From Gemmatimonadales bacterium (GTDB lineage: Bacteria; Gemmatimonadota; Gemmatimonadetes; Gemmatimonadales; GWC2-71-9), in NCBI GenBank assembly GCA_035575675.1, contig DATLXS010000182.1:880-64879 (forward strand): DNA of 64,000 nucleotides, written 5' to 3'. The position numbers and the translations under genes were made by a program. Of the stretch, positions 19,971 through 30,728 are shown piece by piece. The first letter of the stretch is position 1, and each line of letters starts with the position of its first letter. Below the pieces are notes generated by a model. The model searched no databases, was not told where the DNA came from, and saw nothing but the letters and a program-made list of their open reading frames with translations.

Positions 19971-21923
19971 TCACAGCCGATAGCCAGCCAACGTTCCACT
20001 GGTAGTCTGTAAGAAAAGCATCCCCGAAATGTCGTCGACCGCATAGACGGGCTCGCGTTGCTTCCCGAGGTCGACGCGCGAGCGCGGTTGCCCGCTGTCT
20101 TTGTCGATCTGCAGCAGCACGTTGCCGTTCCCATCGGGCGAGCGCGTGAGCACGAACACGGCGCTCGGCGTCGCGAGGGAGGCTTTGAACCGCTTCGACG
20201 CCAGCGCGCCCGCCTGTTGTGAATATCCGCTCAGCTGTGCTCCGCCCTGCGAGTACGCCGTCGCCAGCTGGCTGGTGATGCGTTTGGCGGTCGTGTCGGT
20301 CGCGGTGCGCGAGGCCTGCGCAAACGCGTCGCCGTAGGCGGACGCCGCGGCGCCGTACAGTCCGGCGCGGACCGAATTGATCCGGTACAGCGCCCGCAGC
20401 AGTCCGGGCAGCTGCGGCGCGGGATTGTAGACCTGTTGCTTGATCTGCCCGTCCCGGCTGACGATCACCATGTTTTGTGGTGACGTAAGCACGAGGCCCG
20501 CCGTGCGAACCTCGAGCGCGGTGGGATCCTCATCGCCTTGCAGCTTGATCTCTCCACCGAGCGCGTGATAGGCGCCGTCCTGGCGATTCACGGCGTAGAG
20601 ATGACGGTCCTTGTTCGCGTATACGTAGAGCGTGCTTCCTTCCGCGGCGTGGAGCAGCAGGGATGACTTGCCGCCTTCGATCGCGTCTTTGTATTTCGGT
20701 TCGCCGCTGGACAGGTCGATGACGTTCACTTCGCCGTTGGTCGAGGCATCCGGCCGCGAGACATACAACAGACCCGCGGGAACGAGCTCGGCATAGTCGA
20801 GCTGGCCTTTGATCTTCACGTCCTTCTGCAGTCGCAGGGTGGCGGTGGCGACGTTCAGGACATTGACGAACGTCTTCGAATCGGCGTCCACCGCGAGGAC
20901 GACCGCGTCACCGGTGACCATGGCGTCCTTCACGGTACCGCGCATGCGGAGCGGCTTCGCGGCGATCATCGTGCCGTCGTCATAGCGTGCGACGTTCAGG
21001 CCGGTCTGCACCACGCCGTTGATGATGCGGACGTTGCCGGTCGCTTGATCGGGTGGCGGACCGACGGGCAACATGATGATGCCGGCCGGATGCTGGACGA
21101 TGTCCCGAATCCAGCCGTCCACGTTCGCCGGCTTCGCCCAGAGCGCCTGTCCGTCGGCGAGCCGGTAGGCCATGAGCCGGTCGTCGTAGCTCACGTAAAT
21201 GCGGTCGTTCCTGGCGAGCGAGGGATAGAGCTTGACTTGATGGGGCACCGCGCCGGAGCGCGCCATCGGCAAGGTCGCCGTCCAGCGGATCGCGCCGGTT
21301 TTCGCATCGAGCGCGCGCAGGCCCATCAGCGTGTGGACCACGATCACCTCGGGCCCTGCCTGGAGCACTTCGAGCGTGGTCGCCGCCGAGGCCATGCGCA
21401 CCAGACCCTGCATGAGGCCGCCGAGGCCGCCGCGCTTCGGCTCGGTCTGTTGGAAGAGCGATTCACTCACCCAGCGCTGGGTGCCGGTCGCCAGATCGTA
21501 GAGCGCCACCACGGGCGGACCCGAAGCGCGTTGACCGTGCACGAGCAGCGTCCCCGTCTGAGGCAGCACACGACGCGTGACGACGCGCGTCAGATTCAAG
21601 CGCCGCGAGTCGAAGAGCACGGTGCCGGTCACCGGGTCGAAGATGAGCGACAGGCCGGGCTTCGCCGCCTCCATCAGGAGCGATCCCTCGACCATGCGCA
21701 CGCTGTCCACCGGCAGGCCGCCGAGCTCCGGTTTCTGCCAGGCGATCTGCCCGCGTTCCACGTCGACGCCCGAGAGCGCGGCATCGCTCGCGACCAGCAG
21801 TGCGCCGGCAGGCGTGATCTGCTCCCAGCGGAGGTCGCCGGGGAAATGCAGCGTCCAGGCGGCGACCGAGCCTACGGGGGCTTGAGCAGCCTGAAGAAGG
21901 ACGAGGAGCAGCGGCAGTGTCAT
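19971..21923 (-). CDS. Secreted PQQ-like beta-propeller repeat protein
   Basis: 650 aa. Signal peptide MTLPLLLVLLQAAQA and repeated ..G.V.ALD..TG...W.. blades (GVDVERGQIAWQ, LYDLATGTQRWV, ALDAKTGAIRWT, AYRLADGQALWA). Confidence 0.6.
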   Translation of the reverse strand: MTLPLLLVLLQAAQAPVGSVAAWTLHFPGDLRWEQITPAGALLVASDAALSGVDVERGQIAWQKPELGGLPVDSVRMVEGSLLMEAAKPGLSLIFDPVTGTVLFDSRRLNLTRVVTRRVLPQTGTLLVHGQRASGPPVVALYDLATGTQRWVSESLFQQTEPKRGGLGGLMQGLVRMASAATTLEVLQAGPEVIVVHTLMGLRALDAKTGAIRWTATLPMARSGAVPHQVKLYPSLARNDRIYVSYDDRLMAYRLADGQALWAKPANVDGWIRDIVQHPAGIIMLPVGPPPDQATGNVRIINGVVQTGLNVARYDDGTMIAAKPLRMRGTVKDAMVTGDAVVLAVDADSKTFVNVLNVATATLRLQKDVKIKGQLDYAELVPAGLLYVSRPDASTNGEVNVIDLSSGEPKYKDAIEGGKSSLLLHAAEGSTLYVYANKDRHLYAVNRQDGAYHALGGEIKLQGDEDPTALEVRTAGLVLTSPQNMVIVSRDGQIKQQVYNPAPQLPGLLRALYRINSVRAGLYGAAASAYGDAFAQASRTATDTTAKRITSQLATAYSQGGAQLSGYSQQAGALASKRFKASLATPSAVFVLTRSPDGNGNVLLQIDKDSGQPRSRVDLGKQREPVYAVDDISGMLFLQTTSGTLAGYRL

Positions 21924-21966
21924 GGGTGGCCTCCTGAGAGGCCCCCATATCCCCCAACGGGGGACG

Positions 21967-22971
21967 TTAGCGCAAGGGCTGTCGGCGGAACCTGACCTCG
22001 ACAGTGCGTTGGGTGTCGATTTTGGTCCGCCTGCCGTAGCGGTACGTCGTGACCGCGGTCAACGAGTCTTGGAGGGGCACGCCGGGCGCGATGTTGCGAA
22101 AGCGGGTCCGGAACGTCATCGCCTTCACGTTCGTCAGTGCCGACCGGTCCGGCCGAGTGAGCGTGGTGATCGTGTAGCGCAGCTCGTAGGTCGTGGGATC
22201 GAGAAACGCGGTGCCCGCCATGTCGGCCGAACCGATGCGCAACGCGGGCTCGAAGTCGAGCCGCACCAGCGTTTCGCCGCCGATCGTGTCGCGACCAGCA
22301 AGATGGAAACAGTGATTGGCGATGAAGTCCTCGTTGCCGAGGTCCTCGAGGTCCGCGCTCCGGATGACAAGGACGTTGTCGGGAGAGCCCCAGGGACCCC
22401 AGCCCGGCTCGACGACGCGACCCACCGCATATGGATGCGTGTCGGTGCTCTCGAATCGCAGCCGGCGGATCGCGGGGCGACCCGTGTCCCCGCGCTGGCT
22501 CACTTCCCGCAGTGACAGCTCGAGCTCGTAGTGGAATGGGTAGGAGTCAACAAGCAGCGCGAAGCGTCGCGCGTTCTCCTGCAGTTGGTCGAACACGGCG
22601 AACAGCGCAGCGTCGCTCGAATCGGGACGGCCGGGTTTGGTGCACTGGCTGCCGGCGATCGTGACCGGAGGCAGTTCGATCGCGAGATGCCGGAGGGCGA
22701 CCCGCACGACGGTCGTGCTGTCGCCACGAATCACGATCTGGGTGTCGAGCGGCGTGTAGCCAATCTGCCGGACGCTGAGGACATAGCTCCCGGCGGCTGG
22801 GGCGGTGAATGCGAACGCGCCGGCCGAGTCGGTGAATTGGCGCCCGCCGTTCGGGCGCAGACTCACGATGCTGAAGCCGAGCGGTTCACCGGATTCGGTG
22901 CTGACCACGGTGCCGTGGAGTGATGGCTGCTGCGCCGTGGCGAGCGGTGCATACAACAGAGGAATGAGCAA
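21967..22971 (-). CDS. CarboxypepD_reg-like domain protein
   Basis: N-terminal LHGTVVSTESGEPLGFSIVSLRP..TDSAGAFAF..GSYVLSVRQIGY matches the carboxypeptidase-regulatory fold. The ORF-track version (to 23778) reads through the tRNA-Leu gene. I place the start at TTG 22971, 13 nt from the tRNA, but this is uncertain. Confidence 0.5.
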   Translation of the reverse strand: MLIPLLYAPLATAQQPSLHGTVVSTESGEPLGFSIVSLRPNGGRQFTDSAGAFAFTAPAAGSYVLSVRQIGYTPLDTQIVIRGDSTTVVRVALRHLAIELPPVTIAGSQCTKPGRPDSSDAALFAVFDQLQENARRFALLVDSYPFHYELELSLREVSQRGDTGRPAIRRLRFESTDTHPYAVGRVVEPGWGPWGSPDNVLVIRSADLEDLGNEDFIANHCFHLAGRDTIGGETLVRLDFEPALRIGSADMAGTAFLDPTTYELRYTITTLTRPDRSALTNVKAMTFRTRFRNIAPGVPLQDSLTAVTTYRYGRRTKIDTQRTVEVRFRRQPLR

Positions 22972-22983
22972 CGTCGTGACTGA

Positions 22984-23066
22984 TGCCCGAGGAGAGAGTC
23001 GAACTCTCATGGGGTTGCCCCCGACGGATTTTGAGTCCGTTGCGTCTGCCATTCCGCCACTCGGGC
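22984..23066 (-). tRNA. tRNA-Leu (anticodon CAA)
   Basis: 83 nt: GCCCGAGTGGCGGAATGGCAGACGCAACGGACTCAAAATCCGTCGGGGGCAACCCCATGAGAGTTCGACTCTCTCCTCGGGCA. Acceptor stem GCCCGAG/CTCGGGC, anticodon stem ACGGA/TCCGT with loop CTCAAAA, a long variable arm, and T arm GAGAG-TTCGACT-CTCTC. No encoded CCA. Confidence 0.9.
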
Positions 23067-23365
23067 GAGGGGCGGAAATATAGTCACGCCCATTCCCTCC
23101 GCGGAGATGCGCGAACCACGCGCCAGGTAACGCAGCAAAATTCAACATGGGCTGACCTGACGTTTTGTGATTGCGAAACGCTGACAGGTAATCGCCCAGG
23201 GTGTCGCCGACACGCAACGTTTTGCGCTTCCCCCCGACCACGCGGATGCCCTGGGCGTCCCGGCACATGCCTTGCCCAACGCTCGGGCCGGTCGCGCCTC
23301 CGAGGGTGCGACCGGAAGCTCTCGCAGCTCTGGCAACCATCTCCGTGCAAAAGGAGAAGCGAACC

Positions 23366-24223
23366 ATGCATCTGCAAAACTTCCTGGCCCGCTCGCGCGG
23401 GCTGCACGCCGCGGCCCTCGCGAGCGCATTCATTCTGACCGGCGCCTGTCGCGACACTTCACACCAGCCGCTTGCCCCGTCGTTTGCCTCGTCATCGTCC
23501 CTGCCCCACATCAACATCACTGACCTGGAGATCCCGATCAGCGTGAACGCGGAGCTCGACGCCGTGGACTGCAGCAACAACCCCGGTCCGCAGATCACGC
23601 TCAGCGGTGCGGCTGCGTTGGGTGGATTCGGCGTGGAGATGACCTTCAGCAACAACCTGAAGGGGACGCACGAGTACACGGCTGACAAGGTCGTGGACTT
23701 GTCGCTGCAGCCCGCCGGGCAGTCGATCACGATCCCCAAACAGCCGGTGCTGGGAGGCGTGGGCGGCAACCCGTTCATTTGGGTGCAGTTCGTGGACGCG
23801 AAGGGTACGCCGACCAGCGACGAGATCTATCTCGGCCGCTGTGTACAGGGCAGCCGCTATGGCTTCACGCACGCCCAGCAAACTCCGGCAAACGCCTTCG
23901 CCGATTTCGGCATCACGAGCTGCGAGAACAGCCCCGGGCCGTTCATCAGCATGGACGCGAGCCTGGCGTATGCGGGGCTCGGCATTCAGGTCATCTTCCG
24001 AAACAACGACAACCCGGTGGGTGGCCCGCACGAGGCGGTCCGCAGCCAGGCGCTGTCCGTCATTCCGGCCGGGATGAGCTTTACCTTCCCGAAGCAGCCC
24101 GTGCAGGGCGGCGTGGGTGGTAATCCGTGGATTCTCGCAGGCTTCCTGGACGGCGCCGGTGCTCGCGTGAGCGATCCGACGCTACTCGGTCGCTGCGAGC
24201 AGCTGAGCAAGGCATTGAGCTAG
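23366..24223 (+). CDS. Lipoprotein with two tandem ~100-aa cysteine-bracketed repeat domains (unknown family)
   Basis: AAGGAG RBS 10 nt upstream of ATG 23366. Lipobox ..FILTGAC. Internal duplication: CSNNPGPQITLSG..FPKQPVLGGVGGNPFIWVQF..GRCVQ versus CENSPGPFISMDA..FPKQPVQGGVGGNPWILAGF..GRCEQ. Confidence 0.6.
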   Translation: MHLQNFLARSRGLHAAALASAFILTGACRDTSHQPLAPSFASSSSLPHINITDLEIPISVNAELDAVDCSNNPGPQITLSGAAALGGFGVEMTFSNNLKGTHEYTADKVVDLSLQPAGQSITIPKQPVLGGVGGNPFIWVQFVDAKGTPTSDEIYLGRCVQGSRYGFTHAQQTPANAFADFGITSCENSPGPFISMDASLAYAGLGIQVIFRNNDNPVGGPHEAVRSQALSVIPAGMSFTFPKQPVQGGVGGNPWILAGFLDGAGARVSDPTLLGRCEQLSKALS

Positions 24224-24255
24224 CCACGCGATTACTCGAAGGGGGCTGGATAAAC

Positions 24256-24290
24256 GTAGGGGCGCAGCATGCTGCGCCCCTACATTTTTT
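24256..24290 (+). terminator. Rho-independent terminator between convergent genes
   Basis: Perfect palindrome GTAGGGGCGCAGC/ATGC-centred/GCTGCGCCCCTAC (24256-24283) followed by ATTTTTT (24284-24290). Confidence 0.75.
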
Positions 24291-24337
24291 CCAACTCAGC
24301 GTCCTTTCCAACCCAGCGTCCTCGACTCCCCGGTGTC

Positions 24338-24910
24338 CTAGATCCCCCGACCCCGTCGCCCTCCCCGCAACCGCGGAGCCGGCGCGCCCATACGCCCGCC
24401 TCTTTCGACTCCCCGCCCTTCCCGCCGTTCCATGCGCATTTCGCCCACGCGCTGCATGAGGCGCTCGCGCATTTGCAGGAATTGGGCGCGCTGGACCGGG
24501 GTGAGGTATCCCGCCATTTCGCGATCCTCATCCTGGTCAATCCTGACCATCTCGGCTCGCCCGGTGCGCATCCCGTCCATGAGCTTGTTCACGCTGTCCG
24601 CATTCGCCGGAATGCCGGGTCGCATTTGGCCGTCGAGCGCGCGCCGGCGCTCGAACTGCTGTTGCATCACCGCACGGCGGCGCGTGCCGAAGCGCTCTTG
24701 TGTGTCGCGCAGCTTCGTGGTCTGATCGGCATTCAGGTTGAGCTCCTGTTTTACGCGATCGTTGAACCGTTGCTCGATCTGCGCCCGCAGGCGTCCTGCC
24801 TCGGCGGTGTCGCTCGACGCGCGCATGCTGTCACGCTGCTGGGCGGCGAGACGTCCCCCCGCCCCCCCCGCGAGCAGGACGGCAAGGCTGAGTAGGATGT
24901 GCTTCCTCAT
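24338..24910 (-). CDS. Periplasmic Spy/CpxP-like (LTXXQ-motif) protein
   Basis: 190 aa. Signal peptide, a helical Arg/Gln/Glu-rich body with LNADQTTKL and LTPVQRAQF (LTXXQ-type) motifs. Last gene of the ECF sigma operon. Confidence 0.55.
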   Translation of the reverse strand: MRKHILLSLAVLLAGGAGGRLAAQQRDSMRASSDTAEAGRLRAQIEQRFNDRVKQELNLNADQTTKLRDTQERFGTRRRAVMQQQFERRRALDGQMRPGIPANADSVNKLMDGMRTGRAEMVRIDQDEDREMAGYLTPVQRAQFLQMRERLMQRVGEMRMERREGRGVERGGRMGAPAPRLRGGRRGRGI

Positions 24911-24912
24911 GT

Positions 24913-25341
24913 TTATCCCTCCAGAGAGCGCAGTACTGCCCGCAGCTGCTGCGCGTCGAGTTCATGTAAGTCCGTGCTGCCTTCCGGTACGGCCACACTA
25001 TCGCTGCTGATGATCTGATCGAACGTCGCCAGCACGTCGCGGAGCTCATCGGCCGAGAGATCGTTCAGGTCGTCAGCGACGAGGTGGGCGGTGTGCACGG
25101 AGATGTCGCGAACGAACGTCTGGCGGACAGCCACGGCCCCCCCCACCACGATGACCAGCCCGGCCGCAATCCTCAGCCAGCTCGCCTGGACCCACGACAC
25201 ACGCCGCACCGGCTGCTCGCGCAGCCGGGCGACGACCGACCCCGCCGTCGCCTCGACGTCGAGTCGATCGGCGACTTTGCGGCCGAGTTGTTTCGCGAGG
25301 CCCTCGAGCCTAGCGTCGCCGTTCACAGCGTCGCCTTTCAT
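24913..25341 (-). CDS. Putative anti-sigma factor / single-pass membrane protein
   Basis: 142 aa. One central TM segment (WLRIAAGLVIVVGGAVAV). ATGA overlap with the ECF sigma gene immediately upstream. The call rests on position only. Confidence 0.4.
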   Translation of the reverse strand: MKGDAVNGDARLEGLAKQLGRKVADRLDVEATAGSVVARLREQPVRRVSWVQASWLRIAAGLVIVVGGAVAVRQTFVRDISVHTAHLVADDLNDLSADELRDVLATFDQIISSDSVAVPEGSTDLHELDAQQLRAVLRSLEG

Positions 25342-25892
25342 TTCACTATCTCCTTCAGCCTGCGAACTGCATGATGGTAGTGCACGCGCGCTGCTCCAGG
25401 TGTCGTCGCCAGCGCTGCCGCGATTTCTTCGTACTCCAGCCCCTGCTGGGCTCTGAGCAGGAAGACTTCACGTTGCAACCGCGGCAGCTTCTGCAGACCC
25501 GCCGCGAGTAACGCCTCGGCTTCGCTCGCCTCGGCATGCTCATGCGGGTCTCCGGCCCAGTCGCGAACGCCTTCATCCAGGGGCAATACCTTCCGCCGCG
25601 CCGCCCGCCGTCCGAAATCCTTCAGCACGTTGCCGCCGATCGTCAGCAGCCAGGTGCGGAACTGACACTGCCCGCGAAACCGGTCCACGCTCCGAAACGC
25701 GCGGATGAACGTCTCCTGCACCAGATCGTCGACGTCCGCCTCGGGCGCGCCGGCACCCGCCAGAAAACGCGCCAGGGGCCGAGCGTGACGCCCGACCAGC
25801 TCGGCCGCCGCCTGTTCGTCGCCCCCCTGCCACGCCCGAATCAGCGCGGCATCGGGAGGGGGGACTGCTGGAACCATGTGCGGGTGGGCCAT
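25338..25892 (-). CDS. ECF-type RNA polymerase sigma-70 factor
   Basis: 184 aa. Region 2 (DDLVQETFIRAF..F..WLLTIGGN) and region 4 (LPRLQREVFLLRAQQGLEYEEIAAALATTPGAARVHYHHAVRRLK). Confidence 0.9.
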   Translation of the reverse strand: MAHPHMVPAVPPPDAALIRAWQGGDEQAAAELVGRHARPLARFLAGAGAPEADVDDLVQETFIRAFRSVDRFRGQCQFRTWLLTIGGNVLKDFGRRAARRKVLPLDEGVRDWAGDPHEHAEASEAEALLAAGLQKLPRLQREVFLLRAQQGLEYEEIAAALATTPGAARVHYHHAVRRLKEIVK

Positions 25893-25976
25893 CGGGCTCC
25901 GGTTTATGACGTGAGATCGTGCTCGATATTAAGAAGCTAGCCTTGCAAGCACAGCGCCGGCGGCATAGCTTCCACT

Positions 25977-25994
25977 TTCGAACGATCGTTCGAA
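25977..25994. promoter_or_regulatory. Perfect 18-bp palindrome, candidate TetR operator
   Basis: TTCGAACGATCGTTCGAA ends 3 nt before the TetR start codon (25998), in the 105-nt divergent region shared with the ECF sigma operon. Confidence 0.5.
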
Positions 25995-25997
25995 CTC

Positions 25998-26567
25998 ATG
26001 CGACCATACGACGAGCGTCTCGACCACCTGCTCGCCCGCGCCGCCCGGGTCTTCGCGGACAAGGGCTACCATCCCACCACGATGCGCGATCTCGCGGCGG
26101 CGAGCGGGATGTCCCTGGCCGGGATGTACTACTACGTCCGCGGCAAGGAAGACCTGCTCGCCCTGATCCAGGATCGGTGTTTCACGCAGGTGCTGGACGG
26201 CGCGCGGCGCGCCGTCACCGCGGCGACCGATCCGCAAGAACGGCTGCAGGCGTTCATCCGACACCATGTCGCGTTTTTCGCGCAGCACATGCCGGAGATG
26301 AAGGTGTTGTCGCACGAGGCGTCGCCCAAGGGCGTCAGTGCCATCAAGCGGCGCTACGTCGATCTGCTCGAATCGATTCTCAAGGAGGCGGCGCCCGAGC
26401 AGAGTGGCCCCGACCGCAGCGCTGCGGCCTACATCCTCTTCGGCATGATGAACTGGATCTACAACTGGTATGACCCGGCCGGCGCGATCGATCCCGCGCG
26501 GCTGGCCGATCTCATGACGAGCATCTTCCTCGGCGGCTTCGTCGAGACTCATCCGGAGGCTAAGTAA
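25998..26567 (+). CDS. TetR/AcrR-family transcriptional regulator
   Basis: 189 aa. N-terminal HTH FADKGYHPTTMRDLAAASGMSLAGMYYYVRGKEDLL. Confidence 0.9.
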   Translation: MRPYDERLDHLLARAARVFADKGYHPTTMRDLAAASGMSLAGMYYYVRGKEDLLALIQDRCFTQVLDGARRAVTAATDPQERLQAFIRHHVAFFAQHMPEMKVLSHEASPKGVSAIKRRYVDLLESILKEAAPEQSGPDRSAAAYILFGMMNWIYNWYDPAGAIDPARLADLMTSIFLGGFVETHPEAK

Positions 26568-26570
26568 CCC

Positions 26571-27380
26571 ATGGCAACAATGACAGAACCGCAGGTCAAG
26601 ACACTCGTGCAGTACCGGAGCGAGGGCGGGCTTGCGATCATCGCGCTCGACGATCCCCCGGCCAATACCTACACGTATGACATGATGCGCCAGCTCGACG
26701 AGGCGATCCTCCGCGCGCGTTTCGACGACACGGTGCACGTCATCGTCCTGCGCGGCCACGGCGACAAGTTCTTCTCGGCCGGCGCGAACATCGGCATGCT
26801 GAACACGGTCACGCCCCGCTTCAAATACTTCTTCTGTCTGCACGCCAACGAGACGTTGAACCGGTTGGAGCAGACGCCCAAGCTGACGATCGCGGCGCTC
26901 AATGGGCACACCGTCGGCGGCGGTCTCGAGATTGCGATGGCGTGCGACATCCGGCTCGCAAAGGAGAATGCCGGAAAGATCGGTCTCCCCGAGGTCAACC
27001 TCGGCGTGCTCCCGGGAACCGGTGGCACCCAGCGGATGGCGCGTCTCCTTGGCAAGCCGCTGGCGATCGAGCTGATGGTGAAGGGCGAGCTGTTCTCGTT
27101 CGACCGCGCCAAGGAAATCGGGCTCGTGAACGAAATCTTCCCCGCCAAGGACTTCTGGGAGCAGGTGCTCCTCTACGCCAAACAATTCTGTCCGCCCCAC
27201 AAGGCGTCGAAGGCGGTCGGCTTGATCAAGCGCGCCGTGCAGTCGGGAGCCGAGGTTCCGTTCGAGTCGGCGCTCGCGATCGAGCGTGAGCTGCAACAGC
27301 AGCTGTTCCAGAGCGAAGACGCCAAAGAAGGGATCGCCGCGAATCAGGAGAAGCGGGTGGCGGAGTTCAAAGGGAAGTGA
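26571..27380 (+). CDS. Enoyl-CoA hydratase/isomerase family protein
   Basis: 269 aa. Crotonase-fold motifs FFSAGANI and LNGHTVGGGLEIAMACDIR. Confidence 0.9.
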   Translation: MATMTEPQVKTLVQYRSEGGLAIIALDDPPANTYTYDMMRQLDEAILRARFDDTVHVIVLRGHGDKFFSAGANIGMLNTVTPRFKYFFCLHANETLNRLEQTPKLTIAALNGHTVGGGLEIAMACDIRLAKENAGKIGLPEVNLGVLPGTGGTQRMARLLGKPLAIELMVKGELFSFDRAKEIGLVNEIFPAKDFWEQVLLYAKQFCPPHKASKAVGLIKRAVQSGAEVPFESALAIERELQQQLFQSEDAKEGIAANQEKRVAEFKGK

Positions 27381-28806
27381 AGACCGACCTCTTCATTAAT
27401 AACGAGTGGCGGCCGGCAAGCTCTGGGAAACGCTTCCGCGTCGAGAATCCGGCCACCGAAGAGAACCTGGCCGACGTCGCCCAGGGCGATGCCGCGGACG
27501 TTGACAATGCGGTTCGCGCCGCGAAGACCTGCTTTGAATCGCAAGCGTGGCGGGACATGTCAGGGAGGAAGAGAGGAAAACTCCTCTTTAAGGCGGCGGA
27601 TCTGTTGGAAGCACGGCTCGACGAAGTCGCCCGGCTCGAGACGGCACAGAACGGCAAGACGCTGTTCGAGTCGAAGATCGAGATCGGGATGACGATCAAC
27701 ACGCTGCGCTACTACGCGGGGTGGGCGGATAAGATCGTCGGCGACACGCTGCCGGTCGAAGGCCCGTTCTTGACCTACACCTTGCGCGAGCCGATCGGCG
27801 TCGTTGGCGCGATCGTGCCCTGGAATTTCCCGCTCAACATCGCGAGCTGGAAGTTCGCCCCTGCCCTCGCGGCCGGGTGCACGGTTGTCCTGAAGCCCGC
27901 GTCGGAAACGCCCCTCACGGCCCTGCTCTTCGCCGAGATCGCGCTCGAGGCGGGCCTGCCGCCGGGCGCGTTCAACGTCGTGCCGGGCGGCGGCGCGACG
28001 GCCGGAGCCGCACTCGTGCGGCACCCGGATGTCGACAAGATCTCGTTCACCGGATCGACCGAGGTGGGCCGGCAGGTCATGAAGATGGCCGCCGAGACGA
28101 ACAAGCGCGTCACCATGGAGCTGGGTGGCAAAAGTCCCAACATCATCTTTGCCGACGCCGACCTGAAAGCTGCCGTGCGCGGCGCGCAGACGGGAATCTT
28201 CTACGGCAAAGGCGAAGTGTGCGCTGCCGGATCGCGTCTGTTGGTTGAGAAATCGGTGCATGCGCAGGTGATCGAGCAGCTCGCTGAGGGTGCGAAGAAA
28301 ATGACGCCCGGCGATCCGCTCGATAAAAACACCCGGCTCGGCGCGCTCGTCTCCAGGAAACAGCAGGAGACGGTGCTCTCCTACATCAAGCGCGGTGTGG
28401 ACGAAGGGGCGCAGCTCGTGGCCGGGGGGAAGGCGGCGAAGCCCAACGGCAAGGGCTACTACGTCGAAGCGACCGTGTTCGACGGCGTGCAGCCAGACAT
28501 GACGATCGCGCGCGAAGAGATCTTTGGGCCGGTGCTTGCCGTGCTCACGTTCGACGATTTCGAGCAGGGTGTGAAGCTCGCGAACAACACCATTTACGGT
28601 CTCGCCGCCGGGCTGTGGACGAAGGACATCCAGAAAGCGCACCGCGCCGCCAAGGCGATTCGCGCCGGCACGGTGTGGATCAACTCGTACAACTTCTACG
28701 ACTCCGGCGCGCCCTTTGGCGGGTTTAAAGCATCGGGATTCGGCCGCGATCTCGGCCGCGAGGCGCTCGACGGTTACCTCGAGACCAAGACTGTGTGGGT
28801 CGCCCT

Positions 28807-28810
<4 letters not shown>
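27377..28810 (+). CDS. NAD(P)-dependent aldehyde dehydrogenase
   Basis: 477 aa. ALDH motifs VPWNFPL, FTGSTEVG, MELGGKSP and GEVCAAGSR (catalytic Cys). GTGA overlap with the upstream gene. Confidence 0.9.
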
Positions 28811-29990
<1,180 letters not shown>

Positions 29991-29991
<1 letters not shown>

Positions 29992-30728
29992 TGGCGGCGT
30001 ACGAGCGCGTGCTGGTCGAGATCACCGATCACATCGGGACGCTCACCCTCAACCGGCCCGAGAAGCTCAACGCATTCGACCCCGACGGCTGCGAAGATCT
30101 GCTCGCGGCGCTGCGCATGCTTGCGGCCGCGGACGCTGTGCGGGTCATCGTCCTCACGGGCGCCGGACGCGCGTTCTGCGCCGGGGCGGACCTCGCCGTG
30201 CTGGGCACACAGGGTGAACAGCTCGTGCGGGCCGGCAAGGAGATCGCGCTGACAATTCGCAACGCGCCGAAACCGGTGCTCGCGGCGGTGAACGGTCCCG
30301 CGGCCGGTGGCGGCGCCAACCTGGCGCTTGCGTGCGACTACCGCCTGGCGTCCGATCAGGCGTCGATCGGCCAGGTATTTCACAAGCTGGGCCTCGGGCC
30401 GGACTGGGGTGGGAGCTACTTCCTCCCGCGGCTCACGGGCATCTCGAGGGCGCTCGAGCTGGTCTGGAGCGCCCGCATGGTCCCGGCGGCGGAAGCGGCC
30501 CAGCTCGGCCTGTTCGATCGCGTGGTCCCGGCCGAGGCCCTAGCCCCGGAGACCCAGGCCCTCGCTCAGCGCTGGGCGGGCATGGCGCCGCTGGCGGTGC
30601 GTAAGGCGAAAGCGGCCCTGTACCGTTCGCTCCACAGCACACTCGAAGAGATGCTCGACGTCGAAATCGCCGATCAAGAGATTCTGTTCGCCACTCCCGA
30701 AGCACGCCAACTCATAAGGAATCGCTGA
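29991..30728 (+). CDS. Enoyl-CoA hydratase/isomerase family protein
   Basis: 245 aa from ATG 29991 (TGATG junction). LNRPEKLNAF, FCAGADL and VNGPAAGGGANLALACD. Confidence 0.85.

Noticed and set aside
19958-19971. Two-unit tandem ACATTCT ACATTCT between convergent genes, as a separate repeat feature
   Set aside because: It is only 14 nt, too short to distinguish from chance on its own. It is mentioned only as a possible mini-copy within the family-level finding.
21967-23778. 603-aa ORF-track protein
   Set aside because: The ORF reads straight through the tRNA-Leu gene (22984-23066; MRVRLSPRAS is the T-arm/acceptor sequence) and then through the opposite strand of the lipoprotein gene. Only the part downstream of the tRNA is credible.
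22984-24340. Genomic island or prophage integrated at tRNA-Leu
   Set aside because: No integrase, transposase or phage gene, and no repeat of the tRNA 3' end was noticed. Only a single lipoprotein gene lies between the tRNA and the terminator. It is kept as a low-interest note, not called as a mobile element.
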